DNA of 64,000 nucleotides. It comes from an uncultured Cytophagaceae bacterium. GTDB lineage: Bacteria; Bacteroidota; Bacteroidia; Cytophagales; Spirosomataceae. Under the pieces are notes generated by a model. It made no database searches. It worked only from the letters and a program-made list of their open reading frames with translations, and was not told the DNA's origin. A program made the translations under genes and the position numbers. The stretch covers positions 7,215 through 71,214 of the forward strand of contig CAIVPF010000035.1 of NCBI GenBank assembly GCA_903907745.1. The letters run 5' to 3'. Positions 28,753-37,500 of this stretch are shown in pieces; position 1 is the stretch's first letter, and each line of letters opens with the position of its first letter.

Positions 28753-28754
28753 CC

Positions 28755-29717
28755 ATGGAAGACGTTCGCTTAGCTGCCTCATTTTTTGAAGATGTTCAAA
28801 GGCTAAAAAAGGCCATTGCTTCGCGTGTCGTCGGTCAGGAAAAAACAATTGATTTATTATTAAACGCCTTGTTTTCGGGGGGTCATTGTTTGTTAGTCGG
28901 TGTTCCCGGCCTTGCCAAAACCCGCCTTGTTCAGACTTTGGCTGCCTTGGTGGATTTGGAATACAAACGAATTCAATTCACACCTGATTTAATGCCTTCT
29001 GATGTAATCGGGACAGAATTATTAGACCAAGATCGAAATTTTAAATTTAGTCGGGGACCTATTTTTGCGAATCTGATCCTCGCCGATGAAATCAATCGTA
29101 CGCCCCCTAAAACCCAGTCGGCACTTTTGGAGGCGATGCAAGAAGAAACCGTTTCCGTGGCTGGAATAAGTTATGAATTGCCCAAGCCATTTTTCGTTTT
29201 AGCTACCCAAAATCCGATCGAACAGGAAGGAACTTATCCGCTCCCTGAAGCACAATTAGATCGATTTTTGTTCATGATTCAGCTGGATTATCCGAGTTTT
29301 GCCGAAGAGGTACAGTTGGTTCGGATGACTGAAAAAACGGCTTTATTAGAAACACAACAGGCTATTTTGCATGCCAATGTGCTAATGAATTATCAAGAAT
29401 TAGTCAAACGAGTACCTGTTTCAGATTTAGTGGTGGAAACGGCGGTTCGATGGGTTCAACAAACGCGAGTCGGTCATGAAAATACCTCAGCCATTGCCAA
29501 AGAATTCATTACTTGGGGGGCTGGTCCTCGCGCTTCACAAAATTTAATTTTATCAGCTAAGTGCCATGCGCTCATGCACGGACGCTATTCACCGAATGTA
29601 GAAGATGTACGAGAAGTGGCGGTTCCAGTCCTTCAGCATCGTATAATACCTAATTACAAAGCGGATTCACAAGGCCTTAGCGCTGCGGATTTGATACGCC
29701 AATTGGTGCAAGATTAA
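28755..29717 (+). CDS. MoxR family AAA+ ATPase
   Basis: GVPGLAKT (Walker A), [56 protein letters not shown]. Confidence 0.96.
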   Translation: MEDVRLAASFFEDVQRLKKAIASRVVGQEKTIDLLLNALFSGGHCLLVGVPGLAKTRLVQTLAALVDLEYKRIQFTPDLMPSDVIGTELLDQDRNFKFSRGPIFANLILADEINRTPPKTQSALLEAMQEETVSVAGISYELPKPFFVLATQNPIEQEGTYPLPEAQLDRFLFMIQLDYPSFAEEVQLVRMTEKTALLETQQAILHANVLMNYQELVKRVPVSDLVVETAVRWVQQTRVGHENTSAIAKEFITWGAGPRASQNLILSAKCHALMHGRYSPNVEDVREVAVPVLQHRIIPNYKADSQGLSAADLIRQLVQD

Positions 29718-30508
29718 ATGGCCACAGGCGCTTTAATGCCCGGATAAGGGTCGTAATTCTCCAGCGTGAAATCTTCGTAGGTAAACTCAAAAATGTCTTT
29801 AACGTTCGGATTAATCTTCATCGTAGGTAATGGCCGAGGCGTTCTGCTTAATTGCAATTCGACCTGTTCCATGTGATTGCTATATAAATGCGTATCGCCA
29901 CCGGTCCAAACGAAGTCACCAAGGCCTAAATCACATACCTGAGCCACCATCATGGTCAATAGCGCATAACTTGCGATGTTAAACGGAACGCCTAAAAATA
30001 CATCAGCGGAGCGCTGGTATAACTGACAGGATAATTTCCCATCGGCTACATAAAATTGGAAAAACGCATGACAAGGCATCAAAGCCATTTTGGGTAATTC
30101 TGCTACGTTCCAGGCACTGACGATGATACGTCGGGAATCTGGATTCGTTTTTAGGGTATGAATCACATCTTTGATTTGGTCGATGACCTGTCCATCGGGA
30201 CCTTCCCAAGTCCTCCATTGCTTGCCATAAACCGGGCCTAAATCCCCGTTTTCGTTCGCCCATTCATCCCAAATGCTGACATTGTTTTCCTTCAAATAGG
30301 CGATATTCGTTTCCCCTTTTAAAAACCACAATAATTCATAGATGATGGATTTTAAATGCGTTTTTTTGGTGGTAACCAATGGAAAACCTTCGGCTAAATT
30401 AAAGCGCATTTGATACCCAAAAACACTGGTGGTTCCCGTTCCTGTACGATCAGATTTAAAGGTGCCCTGTGTTTTGATGTGGCTTAAAAGGTCGAGATAT
30501 GCTTGCAT
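29714..30508 (-). CDS. thyA: Thymidylate synthase
   Basis: [46 protein letters not shown]. Confidence 0.99.
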   Translation of the reverse strand: MQAYLDLLSHIKTQGTFKSDRTGTGTTSVFGYQMRFNLAEGFPLVTTKKTHLKSIIYELLWFLKGETNIAYLKENNVSIWDEWANENGDLGPVYGKQWRTWEGPDGQVIDQIKDVIHTLKTNPDSRRIIVSAWNVAELPKMALMPCHAFFQFYVADGKLSCQLYQRSADVFLGVPFNIASYALLTMMVAQVCDLGLGDFVWTGGDTHLYSNHMEQVELQLSRTPRPLPTMKINPNVKDIFEFTYEDFTLENYDPYPGIKAPVAI

Positions 30509-30509
30509 A

Positions 30510-30947
30510 TTAGGCGATAAAAGGAGTGTCGTTAAGGAGTAAAGTGTGGGTGATGAGGGAACTTGGTTCCAATTGGGCTGTCGCCGAGCAATATTTTTCC
30601 ATGGACATTTGAATCGCCCTCAGCGCTTTTGATCCATCGATTTGGCCCTTTAATTCGAATTGAATATGGATGGTACGAAAGGGTGTTTTTTCTGTTCCTT
30701 CGATTTTCTCACGAGTTCCCGAGAGGCGTATTTGAAAATCTTCGATGATTTGACGTTGTTTTTTCAAAATCAAAATCACGTCTATCGCTGTACAGCCTCC
30801 CAATCCCATCAAGAGTAATTCCATCGGCCGAGCACCTGCATTATGGCCACCGATTCCCTCGGCGGCATCGATGTGTACCGGCACGGGCGAACTCCCAAGT
30901 GCTTCAAAGTGGAAATCTTGATCGATACGTTTTAAAACTACTTCCAT
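30510..30947 (-). CDS. OsmC/YhfA family protein
   Basis: [26 protein letters not shown]; start set at ATG 30947, just after the phoD stop. Confidence 0.9.
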   Translation of the reverse strand: MEVVLKRIDQDFHFEALGSSPVPVHIDAAEGIGGHNAGARPMELLLMGLGGCTAIDVILILKKQRQIIEDFQIRLSGTREKIEGTEKTPFRTIHIQFELKGQIDGSKALRAIQMSMEKYCSATAQLEPSSLITHTLLLNDTPFIA

Positions 30948-30948
30948 G

Positions 30949-32265
30949 TTATTTGAGGGAATTGGATGAGATGTCATGATGCCAAATTTCGACACCCTTT
31001 TCATCGTTTAGCACGATGCGCAATTTACGATCTTTTAAAGGTCCTGACACGGATATGGTCGAAAAGGCCCGTTTTTGCGTCATGGTGCCCGCTACTAAAA
31101 CTTCGTTGGCATCTAATTTATGCGGAACGGCTGGACCAGCGGTCATCGGTGAAACGGTTAAATCAAATAGGGGATAAGTTCCCGGTCTTTCTAATTTCCA
31201 AAGGCTAGACGTATGCCGGTCGCCCGAAAGAAACACGACACCAGGGATTTTCCGATTTGTGATTTCTTTTAATAATTGATTCCGCTCTTGATCATAATTG
31301 GCCATATTTTCGAAGATTTTGGCCGGGTTTAATACCTGTCCGCCATTAACGACGATTTTGAAACTAGCCCGACTACTCGTCAGGGCATCCAATAACCAAT
31401 TCATTTGTTTTTGCCCAAAATAATCTTTTGCCGGATCATTTAGGTCATTGGGAGCTTTGAACCAGCGATCGTCCATGAGGAAAAATTCCACATCCGACCA
31501 GGTAAATTGGCCCGTCATCGCTTCATTCGGAAACACAAAATTTGGATTTCCCCAATACAATTTAAATAATTCGAGGGCCGTATGTTTTAATACAAAAGAG
31601 CGATCGGCGTCATTCGGACCATAATCATGGTCATCCCAAATCGCGTAATGGTGCGTGTTTGCCAATAATGGCTGCAAAGATGCCTGACTACGCGTGTGGT
31701 CATTGCGATGCATCATGCCCGTGCGAGTATTCCAATCAGGTTCGCGATAATAGAAATTATCCCCACCCCAAAGCATAAAATCGGGTTTTTTGGCATAAAT
31801 GGCTTGATAAATTTCATCGGCGCCGCCATAAGGTCGGCCGGGGCGGTCGGTTGCTTCTTCGTTGATATAATTACAAGACCCAAAGGCAAAACTAAAATCG
31901 GGTGGATCATTTCGGTATTGCCACAGGCTTTGGCTTTGAAATTCCAAGGGATAGGCAAAATTCATTTTTTTACCGTCGATCCATACCTCATATTCGTATT
32001 TCTTGCCCATGCTGACTTGGTCGGCGATGGCCTTGGCGATGAATCCTTGTGATTTTTGCGTCTGAATGGGATCTGTTTTCAGGATTGCTTGGGTTGATTT
32101 TTGCCCTTTCTCCCAGTAACTGATTTCTACCTTCGCCGCTTTTTGCGTTTGGACCCAAATCAGCACTTCTTTCATTTCGGAATAGCCAAGCATGGGACCA
32201 CTTTTGATTTGACCGAATAGGCTTCCAAGGGATAGAAAGCAAAGAAATGTGAACAAGTATTTCAT
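30949..32265 (-). CDS. phoD: Alkaline phosphatase D family protein
   Basis: Signal peptide; FAFGSCN, LWGGDNFY, IWDDHDYG, LMDDRW, FLSGDRH. Confidence 0.8.
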   Translation of the reverse strand: MKYLFTFLCFLSLGSLFGQIKSGPMLGYSEMKEVLIWVQTQKAAKVEISYWEKGQKSTQAILKTDPIQTQKSQGFIAKAIADQVSMGKKYEYEVWIDGKKMNFAYPLEFQSQSLWQYRNDPPDFSFAFGSCNYINEEATDRPGRPYGGADEIYQAIYAKKPDFMLWGGDNFYYREPDWNTRTGMMHRNDHTRSQASLQPLLANTHHYAIWDDHDYGPNDADRSFVLKHTALELFKLYWGNPNFVFPNEAMTGQFTWSDVEFFLMDDRWFKAPNDLNDPAKDYFGQKQMNWLLDALTSSRASFKIVVNGGQVLNPAKIFENMANYDQERNQLLKEITNRKIPGVVFLSGDRHTSSLWKLERPGTYPLFDLTVSPMTAGPAVPHKLDANEVLVAGTMTQKRAFSTISVSGPLKDRKLRIVLNDEKGVEIWHHDISSNSLK

Positions 32266-32284
32266 AAGATGATCATTTAAAAGC

Positions 32285-32292
32285 TATCTTTG
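32285..32292 (+). promoter_or_regulatory. Bacteroidota -7 promoter box (TATCTTTG) upstream of lysA
   Basis: Exact TAnnTTTG, 18 nt upstream of ATG 32311. Confidence 0.55.
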
Positions 32293-32310
32293 TCGCTTAA
32301 TTTAAAACCC

Positions 32311-33546
32311 ATGGCTTATTATTCCATTCAAGGTATTCCATTGACATCGCTAGCTAAGGAGTTTGCTACACCCTTATATGTGTATGATGCCGACAAAATT
32401 AGGGAAAAAATTTCAGTTCTTAGAAGCTCTTTTCAAGGTTTTCCTTTGTCGATTAAATATGCCTGTAAAGCAAATACCAATCTAGCCATTTTGCGGCTCA
32501 TGCTTGCGAATAAGGTTGATTTGGATGTGGTGTCTCCCCAAGAATTGGAATTAGGATTAATGGCCGGGTATGAAGGTTCTCAAATCACTTTTACGCCTAG
32601 TGGGGTTGATTTTTCTGAAATCGAGTTTGCGGTCTCCAAAGGGGCCATGGTGAATTTAGATAATTTGTCTGTGCTCGAGAAATTTGGTCAGGCTTATGGG
32701 AATTCAGTTTCATGCCTTATTCGCATTAAACCCCATGTATTTGGTGGCGGAAATGCAAAAATCATGACGGCGCATCCGGAATCTAAATTTGGAATTTCCA
32801 TTCATCAAAAGGAGGAAATTCTAGCAATTGTCCAGCGATATGGGATTCAGGTCTCTGGTTTGCATCAGCATACTGGCTCTGATATCAAAGACGGAAAGAC
32901 GTTCCAACAAGCCGCCTCTGCACTCTTTGATTTTGCAAAGGATTTCAAGGATTTGGAAATCATCGACTTAGGCGGTGGTTTTAAAGTACCTTATTCTCCC
33001 GAAGACCCGGGCGTGGATATGCAGGAGGTAGGAGGATTAATGAGTCGGGCCTTTTTAGATTTTTGCGCAAGCTACGGTCGGCCCTTGCGGCTTTGGATCG
33101 AACCGGGGAAATTTTTGGTTTCCGAGGCTGGGACTTTTTTGGCCCAGGCCACTGTGGTGAAAAAAGACCCTATAAAGACCTTTTTGGGGATAAATACGGG
33201 GTTAAATCACCTTATTCGGCCCATGATGTATGGATCCTATCATTACATCTTCAATGCATCGAATACGAATTCATCTGAGCAGGAAAATTATCGGATTGTA
33301 GGAAATATCTGCGAAACAGATACTTTTTCCTTTGATTACGATGGCAACCAAAACGAGCGGATGTTAAATAAGGTCCAAGAAGGCGACGTCATCGCCCTTG
33401 CCAATGCCGGCGCCTACGGATTTACTATGGCCTCCCACTATAATTCAAGATTTCTGCCAGCGGAAGTACTCATTGATCAAGGCAAAGCCGTTATCATTCG
33501 GAAGAGAGAGACATTGGATGATTTAACTAGAAACCAAGTTTTTTAG
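32311..33546 (+). CDS. lysA: Diaminopimelate decarboxylase
   Basis: TPLYVYD, KYACKAN (PLP Lys), SKFGI, HTGS, DLGGGF, EPGKFLV, GNICETD, GAYGFTMASHYN. Confidence 0.96.
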   Translation: MAYYSIQGIPLTSLAKEFATPLYVYDADKIREKISVLRSSFQGFPLSIKYACKANTNLAILRLMLANKVDLDVVSPQELELGLMAGYEGSQITFTPSGVDFSEIEFAVSKGAMVNLDNLSVLEKFGQAYGNSVSCLIRIKPHVFGGGNAKIMTAHPESKFGISIHQKEEILAIVQRYGIQVSGLHQHTGSDIKDGKTFQQAASALFDFAKDFKDLEIIDLGGGFKVPYSPEDPGVDMQEVGGLMSRAFLDFCASYGRPLRLWIEPGKFLVSEAGTFLAQATVVKKDPIKTFLGINTGLNHLIRPMMYGSYHYIFNASNTNSSEQENYRIVGNICETDTFSFDYDGNQNERMLNKVQEGDVIALANAGAYGFTMASHYNSRFLPAEVLIDQGKAVIIRKRETLDDLTRNQVF

Positions 33547-33719
33547 GTAATTGGTATCAGGTAATAGGTAATAGGTATCAGGTAATAGGTAATAAGTAAT
33601 AGGTAATAAGTAATAGGTACCAGGTATAAAGTAATAGGTACCAGGTATAAAGTAATAGGTATCAAGTAAGATGTATTACCTATTACTTATTACCTATTAC
33701 CTGATACCTATTTACCTAA
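33543..33719. repeat. Second heptamer array with inverted arm: 18 x AGGTAAT-like units (33545-33670), ATGT spacer, 6 inverted units (ATTACCT/ATTACTT/GATACCT/TTTACCT)
   Basis: Read directly; same consensus and TTAGGTA...TACCTAA ends as 14862-15083; lies between convergent lysA and the ATP-grasp gene. Confidence 0.97.
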
Positions 33720-35146
33720 TAAAGCACCCAAGTATCCTTAGAGCCCCCTCCTTGGGAGGAATTAACCACGAGCGAATCCTTTCGTAAGGCGACCCTAGTC
33801 AATCCCCCTGGCATCACATTTACGCCGTCGCCATATAAAATATAGGGTCTCAAGTCCACGTGGCGGCCTTCGGCATGATCGTCGATCAGGCAAGGCACAC
33901 GGGAAAGCGAAATGGTGGGTTGGGCGATGTAATTCCGTGGATTCGCCACGATGTATTTTTTGAATTTTTCTTGTTCTTCTTTGGTGGATTTCGGGCCGAT
34001 CAGCATTCCATAACCGCCCGCCTCATTCGCTTCTTTTACCACCAAATCAGCAATATTTTCCAAGACATATTTCATGTCATCCGCCTCGCTACAAATATAG
34101 GTTTTGACATTAGGGATGATCGGATCTTCGCCTAAATAATATTTGATAATTCGAGGTACATAGGCATAAATCACTTTATCGTCCGCTACGCCTGTTCCCG
34201 GGGCATTTGCGATGGCCACTTTACCGTTTTTATAGACCTCGAAAATACCTGGTATCCCGATTAATGAATCAGGGTTGAAGGTATTGGGGTCTAAAAAAGT
34301 ATCGTCGATCCGGCGATAAATCACGTCCACGATTTGGAAGCCTTTGGTCGTACGCATTTTGACATAGCCTTCATGAACGACTAAATCGCGGGCGTCGACT
34401 AATTCCACGCCCATTTGTTGGGCTAAATAGGAATGCTCAAAATACGCTGAATTATAGATTCCGGGCGTCAACACCACCACGGTAGGTTCCGGCCTGTCGC
34501 TGATGAAGCGAAGCATTTCCAGTAATTTATGTGGGTAATCCGAAATAGGCCGAATTTGTGTTTTTGCCACAACTTCCGGGAAGGTTTGTTTTAATAATTC
34601 CCGATTTTCCATCATGTAGGAAACGCCCGATGGACAACGTAAATTATCTTCCAAAATCATATATTCACCATCATTCCCCCGGATCAGGTCAGTTCCGGTG
34701 ATGTGAATCCAAATGTTTTTAGGAGGTTTAATACCCATGCAAGGTTCCAAGAAATTTTTGGAGGAATAGATAACTTCCCGGGGAATGATTCCGTCTTTGA
34801 TGATTTTTTGATCAGAATATATATCGGCCAAAAATAAGTTCAAAGCGGTAATTCGTTGGATCAAGCCTTTCTCCATCTTTTCCCATTCCTGCGCATGCAC
34901 GATGCGGGGGATGATATCCACGGGCATAATACGTTCGGTTCCTTCGTTTTCAGAATAGACGTCGAAGGTTATGCCCATCGCCATTAAAGCGCGTTCGGCG
35001 GAAATTTGACGCCTTTGAAATTCCACTTTGGTTAATTGTTCAACGCGATCTTTAAAATGCTGATAACCCGGTCTTATGTCACCTGAGGGCGTAAACATTT
35101 CATCATAGAATCCTTCGTTATCGTATTTTTCAAATGAAAAGTTCAT
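33716..35146 (-). CDS. Circularly permuted type 2 ATP-grasp protein
   Basis: YDEM, ITFDVY, DIIPRI, TDLIR, LEDNLRCPSGVSY, LTPGIYNSAYFEH, IYRRIDD, ANAPGTGVADDK, RHVDLRP, PGGLTRVAL, VVNSSQGGGSKDTWV. Confidence 0.93.
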   Translation of the reverse strand: MNFSFEKYDNEGFYDEMFTPSGDIRPGYQHFKDRVEQLTKVEFQRRQISAERALMAMGITFDVYSENEGTERIMPVDIIPRIVHAQEWEKMEKGLIQRITALNLFLADIYSDQKIIKDGIIPREVIYSSKNFLEPCMGIKPPKNIWIHITGTDLIRGNDGEYMILEDNLRCPSGVSYMMENRELLKQTFPEVVAKTQIRPISDYPHKLLEMLRFISDRPEPTVVVLTPGIYNSAYFEHSYLAQQMGVELVDARDLVVHEGYVKMRTTKGFQIVDVIYRRIDDTFLDPNTFNPDSLIGIPGIFEVYKNGKVAIANAPGTGVADDKVIYAYVPRIIKYYLGEDPIIPNVKTYICSEADDMKYVLENIADLVVKEANEAGGYGMLIGPKSTKEEQEKFKKYIVANPRNYIAQPTISLSRVPCLIDDHAEGRHVDLRPYILYGDGVNVMPGGLTRVALRKDSLVVNSSQGGGSKDTWVLY

Positions 35147-35291
35147 AGGCTAATTTGAATTATTGCTTGATAGTCATTTAATTTAAAATTTTATTTATCA
35201 AATGATTTTTAAAAGCGTTACTATTTTTTAATTTTTCCAAAATAGGTCTTTTTTATATTGGAAATTTACTATTTCCGATGAATTTTGATTG

Positions 35292-35299
35292 TATTTTTG
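35292..35299 (+). promoter_or_regulatory. Bacteroidota -7 promoter box (TATTTTTG) upstream of ogt
   Basis: Exact TAnnTTTG, 4 nt upstream of ATG 35304 (would be near-leaderless); AT-rich context lowers confidence. Confidence 0.4.
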
Positions 35300-35303
35300 C
35301 GCC

Positions 35304-35810
35304 ATGATTTTATTGAATTTCTTGTATTATGAAAGTCCCATTGGGATCATTCGGGTGGAATACTCGGATGCCGGGATGCATCGATTGGAATTTACCATCA
35401 CGATGGGTGAAAATCACTGCGATAATAAACGCATGGAAGGCTTAATCTTAGCGGATTTGAATGCTTATTTTAAGGATTCAACTTATCGGTGGGAATGCCC
35501 GATCGCGCTGCCTTTAGGAACTGATTTTCAAGAAAAAGTGTGGTTGGCCCTTCGGATGATTCCAGCCGGCGAAACGCGGTTTTATCAAGAAATCGCCCAA
35601 TTGATCGGTCAACCCAAAGCCGCACAGGCCGTCGGTCATGCCAATGCGCAGAATCCTGTCCTTTTACGAATTCCATGCCACCGAGTGATCGGTTCGGATG
35701 GCGCTATGACGGGCTATGCGGGGGAATTGTGGCGAAAGGAGTGGTTGTTAAATCATGAAGGATATGAAGGAGTAAACCAACAAATGACCCTGTTCGCCGA
35801 TGGAGAATGA
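35304..35810 (+). CDS. ogt: Methylated-DNA--protein-cysteine methyltransferase
   Basis: GTDFQEKVW, IPAGET, AQAVGHAN, NP, IPCHRVIG active site, GYAG. Confidence 0.93.
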   Translation: MILLNFLYYESPIGIIRVEYSDAGMHRLEFTITMGENHCDNKRMEGLILADLNAYFKDSTYRWECPIALPLGTDFQEKVWLALRMIPAGETRFYQEIAQLIGQPKAAQAVGHANAQNPVLLRIPCHRVIGSDGAMTGYAGELWRKEWLLNHEGYEGVNQQMTLFADGE

Positions 35811-37458
35811 TCAAATCGTCGATGCGCTCGAATTACTCATCAAATTATGGGACGTGCATGGCATCAATGAATTTAAAAGTAAAAACCTAAGTTTTGCCGC
35901 GCGCGCCTTAGATAAATTCCCTGGCCGAATATCGAATCTCTCAGAATCTGAATTATATGCCATTCCGGGTGTAGGAAAGGTGGTTATTCAAATCATTCAG
36001 GACATAGCCCAAACAGGAACTTGTCCGGATTTAGATGGGATGATTGAACAAAGCCCACCGGGTATTTTGGATTTATTGAAGGTCAAAGGTTTAGGTCCTA
36101 AGAAAGTAGGTCTTGTGTGGAAGGAATTGGGGATTACGGAATTGGATGATTTATTGGCTGCCTGCGAAAGTGGTCAATTGGAACAACTCAAAGGTTTCGG
36201 AAAATCAGTTCAAGAAAATGTCCGCACCTATATTTTATTCCTTCAGGAAAATCGCAAAAAAATGCGGATCAACAAGGCGGAAGATTTAAGTAATTTCTTG
36301 CTTGAATTATTAAGTCCTGCCTTTGCTCACATCGAGATATCAGGCGAATTAGCACGCGATTGTGAGGTAATCAGCACCTTGGTCTTTGTGGCCCAAACCG
36401 CGGACATGTTTGGCAGTCAATCAGTCATCGAGGCGATTGAGGGTTTTCAAACGGATTTCAAACAAAGTTCCCCTTTCACCTGGCGAGGGAATTATGAAGG
36501 ACATTTGATCCCCATCGAAATTCATTTGGTGGATGCCTCGCAATTCAAAATGGCCGTGTTCCAATATTCGGCTCATCCAGAACATTTAGGTCTTTTGAAT
36601 TTCTATAAATTAAAAAACCTCAGCTCTGCGGAGGAGGTATATGAAACCCAACAATTACCCTATATCATTCCCGCCATGCGGGAAGGTCTGCAGGAATTTT
36701 CATGGAGTGAGACCTATAGCCCCGCGGATTTGGTGAAAATGTCAGATTTGCAGGGTTGCCTGCATAATCATTCGACCTATTCGGATGGTAAAAATACGCT
36801 TTTAGAGATGGCAGAGGCTTGTCGGGCCATGGGTCTTTCTTATTTTGGCATCGCGGATCATTCCCAATATGCGGCCTATGCGGGAGGATTGAAGGAGGAG
36901 GATGTGATGCGTCAACATGCCGAAATAGACGCTTTAAATAAAAATTGGACTGATTTTACCATTTTGAAAGGTATCGAAGCCGATATTTTGCCGGATGGTT
37001 CCTTGGATTACAATGATCGGATATTAGCTAGTTTTGATTATGTGGTGGCCTCGGTCCATGCACAATTGGTCATGGATTTAGATCGGGCGATGGGTCGCTT
37101 GATTAAGGCCATTGAAAATCCTTACACGTCTATTTTAGGTCATCCGACGGGTCGACTTTTACTCAGTCGGCCAGGTTATCCCATCGATACGCTGAAGATA
37201 GTAGACGCTTGTAAGGCAAATGGGGTTTCCATTGAATTAAATGCGAGTCCATATCGCTTGGATTTGGATTGGCGACATGTATATGCGGCGATGGAAAAGG
37301 GGGTTTTTGTTTCGGTAAATCCAGATGCACATAAGATTATTGGTTTACAAGATATGGAATATGGGGTCCGGGTGGGTCGAAAAGGGGGATTGTTGAAATC
37401 ATTGACCTTGAATGCCTTAGCTTTACCAGATTTGAAAGCTTTTTTTGCTAAAAAATAA
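35800..37458 (+). CDS. polX: PolX-PHP family protein (polymerase site apparently degenerate, PHP intact)
   Basis: HhH motifs IPGVGK and VKGLGPKK, LKGFG; PHP motifs HNHSTYSDG, DHS, GIEADI, GHPTGR, NPDAH; the canonical DxD position reads STLVF. Confidence 0.85.
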   Translation: MENDQIVDALELLIKLWDVHGINEFKSKNLSFAARALDKFPGRISNLSESELYAIPGVGKVVIQIIQDIAQTGTCPDLDGMIEQSPPGILDLLKVKGLGPKKVGLVWKELGITELDDLLAACESGQLEQLKGFGKSVQENVRTYILFLQENRKKMRINKAEDLSNFLLELLSPAFAHIEISGELARDCEVISTLVFVAQTADMFGSQSVIEAIEGFQTDFKQSSPFTWRGNYEGHLIPIEIHLVDASQFKMAVFQYSAHPEHLGLLNFYKLKNLSSAEEVYETQQLPYIIPAMREGLQEFSWSETYSPADLVKMSDLQGCLHNHSTYSDGKNTLLEMAEACRAMGLSYFGIADHSQYAAYAGGLKEEDVMRQHAEIDALNKNWTDFTILKGIEADILPDGSLDYNDRILASFDYVVASVHAQLVMDLDRAMGRLIKAIENPYTSILGHPTGRLLLSRPGYPIDTLKIVDACKANGVSIELNASPYRLDLDWRHVYAAMEKGVFVSVNPDAHKIIGLQDMEYGVRVGRKGGLLKSLTLNALALPDLKAFFAKK

Positions 37459-37469
37459 GCGGAAGCACG

Positions 37470-37477
37470 TACCTTTG
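37470..37477 (+). promoter_or_regulatory. Bacteroidota -7 promoter box (TACCTTTG) upstream of rpiB
   Basis: Exact TAnnTTTG, 23 nt upstream of ATG 37501. Confidence 0.55.
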
Positions 37478-37500
37478 TCGCTTCGCTTGAACATACAGAG

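Noticed and set aside
33545-33670. Telomere-like repeats (contain TTAGG) or eukaryotic contamination
   Set aside because: The unit is a degenerate 7-mer with an inverted arm, joined seamlessly to bacterial stop codons on both sides.
35234-35264. TTTCCAA-N17-TTGGAAA inverted repeat between the ATP-grasp gene and ogt
   Set aside because: Short, AT-rich and without a second copy in the window; not distinguishable from background.
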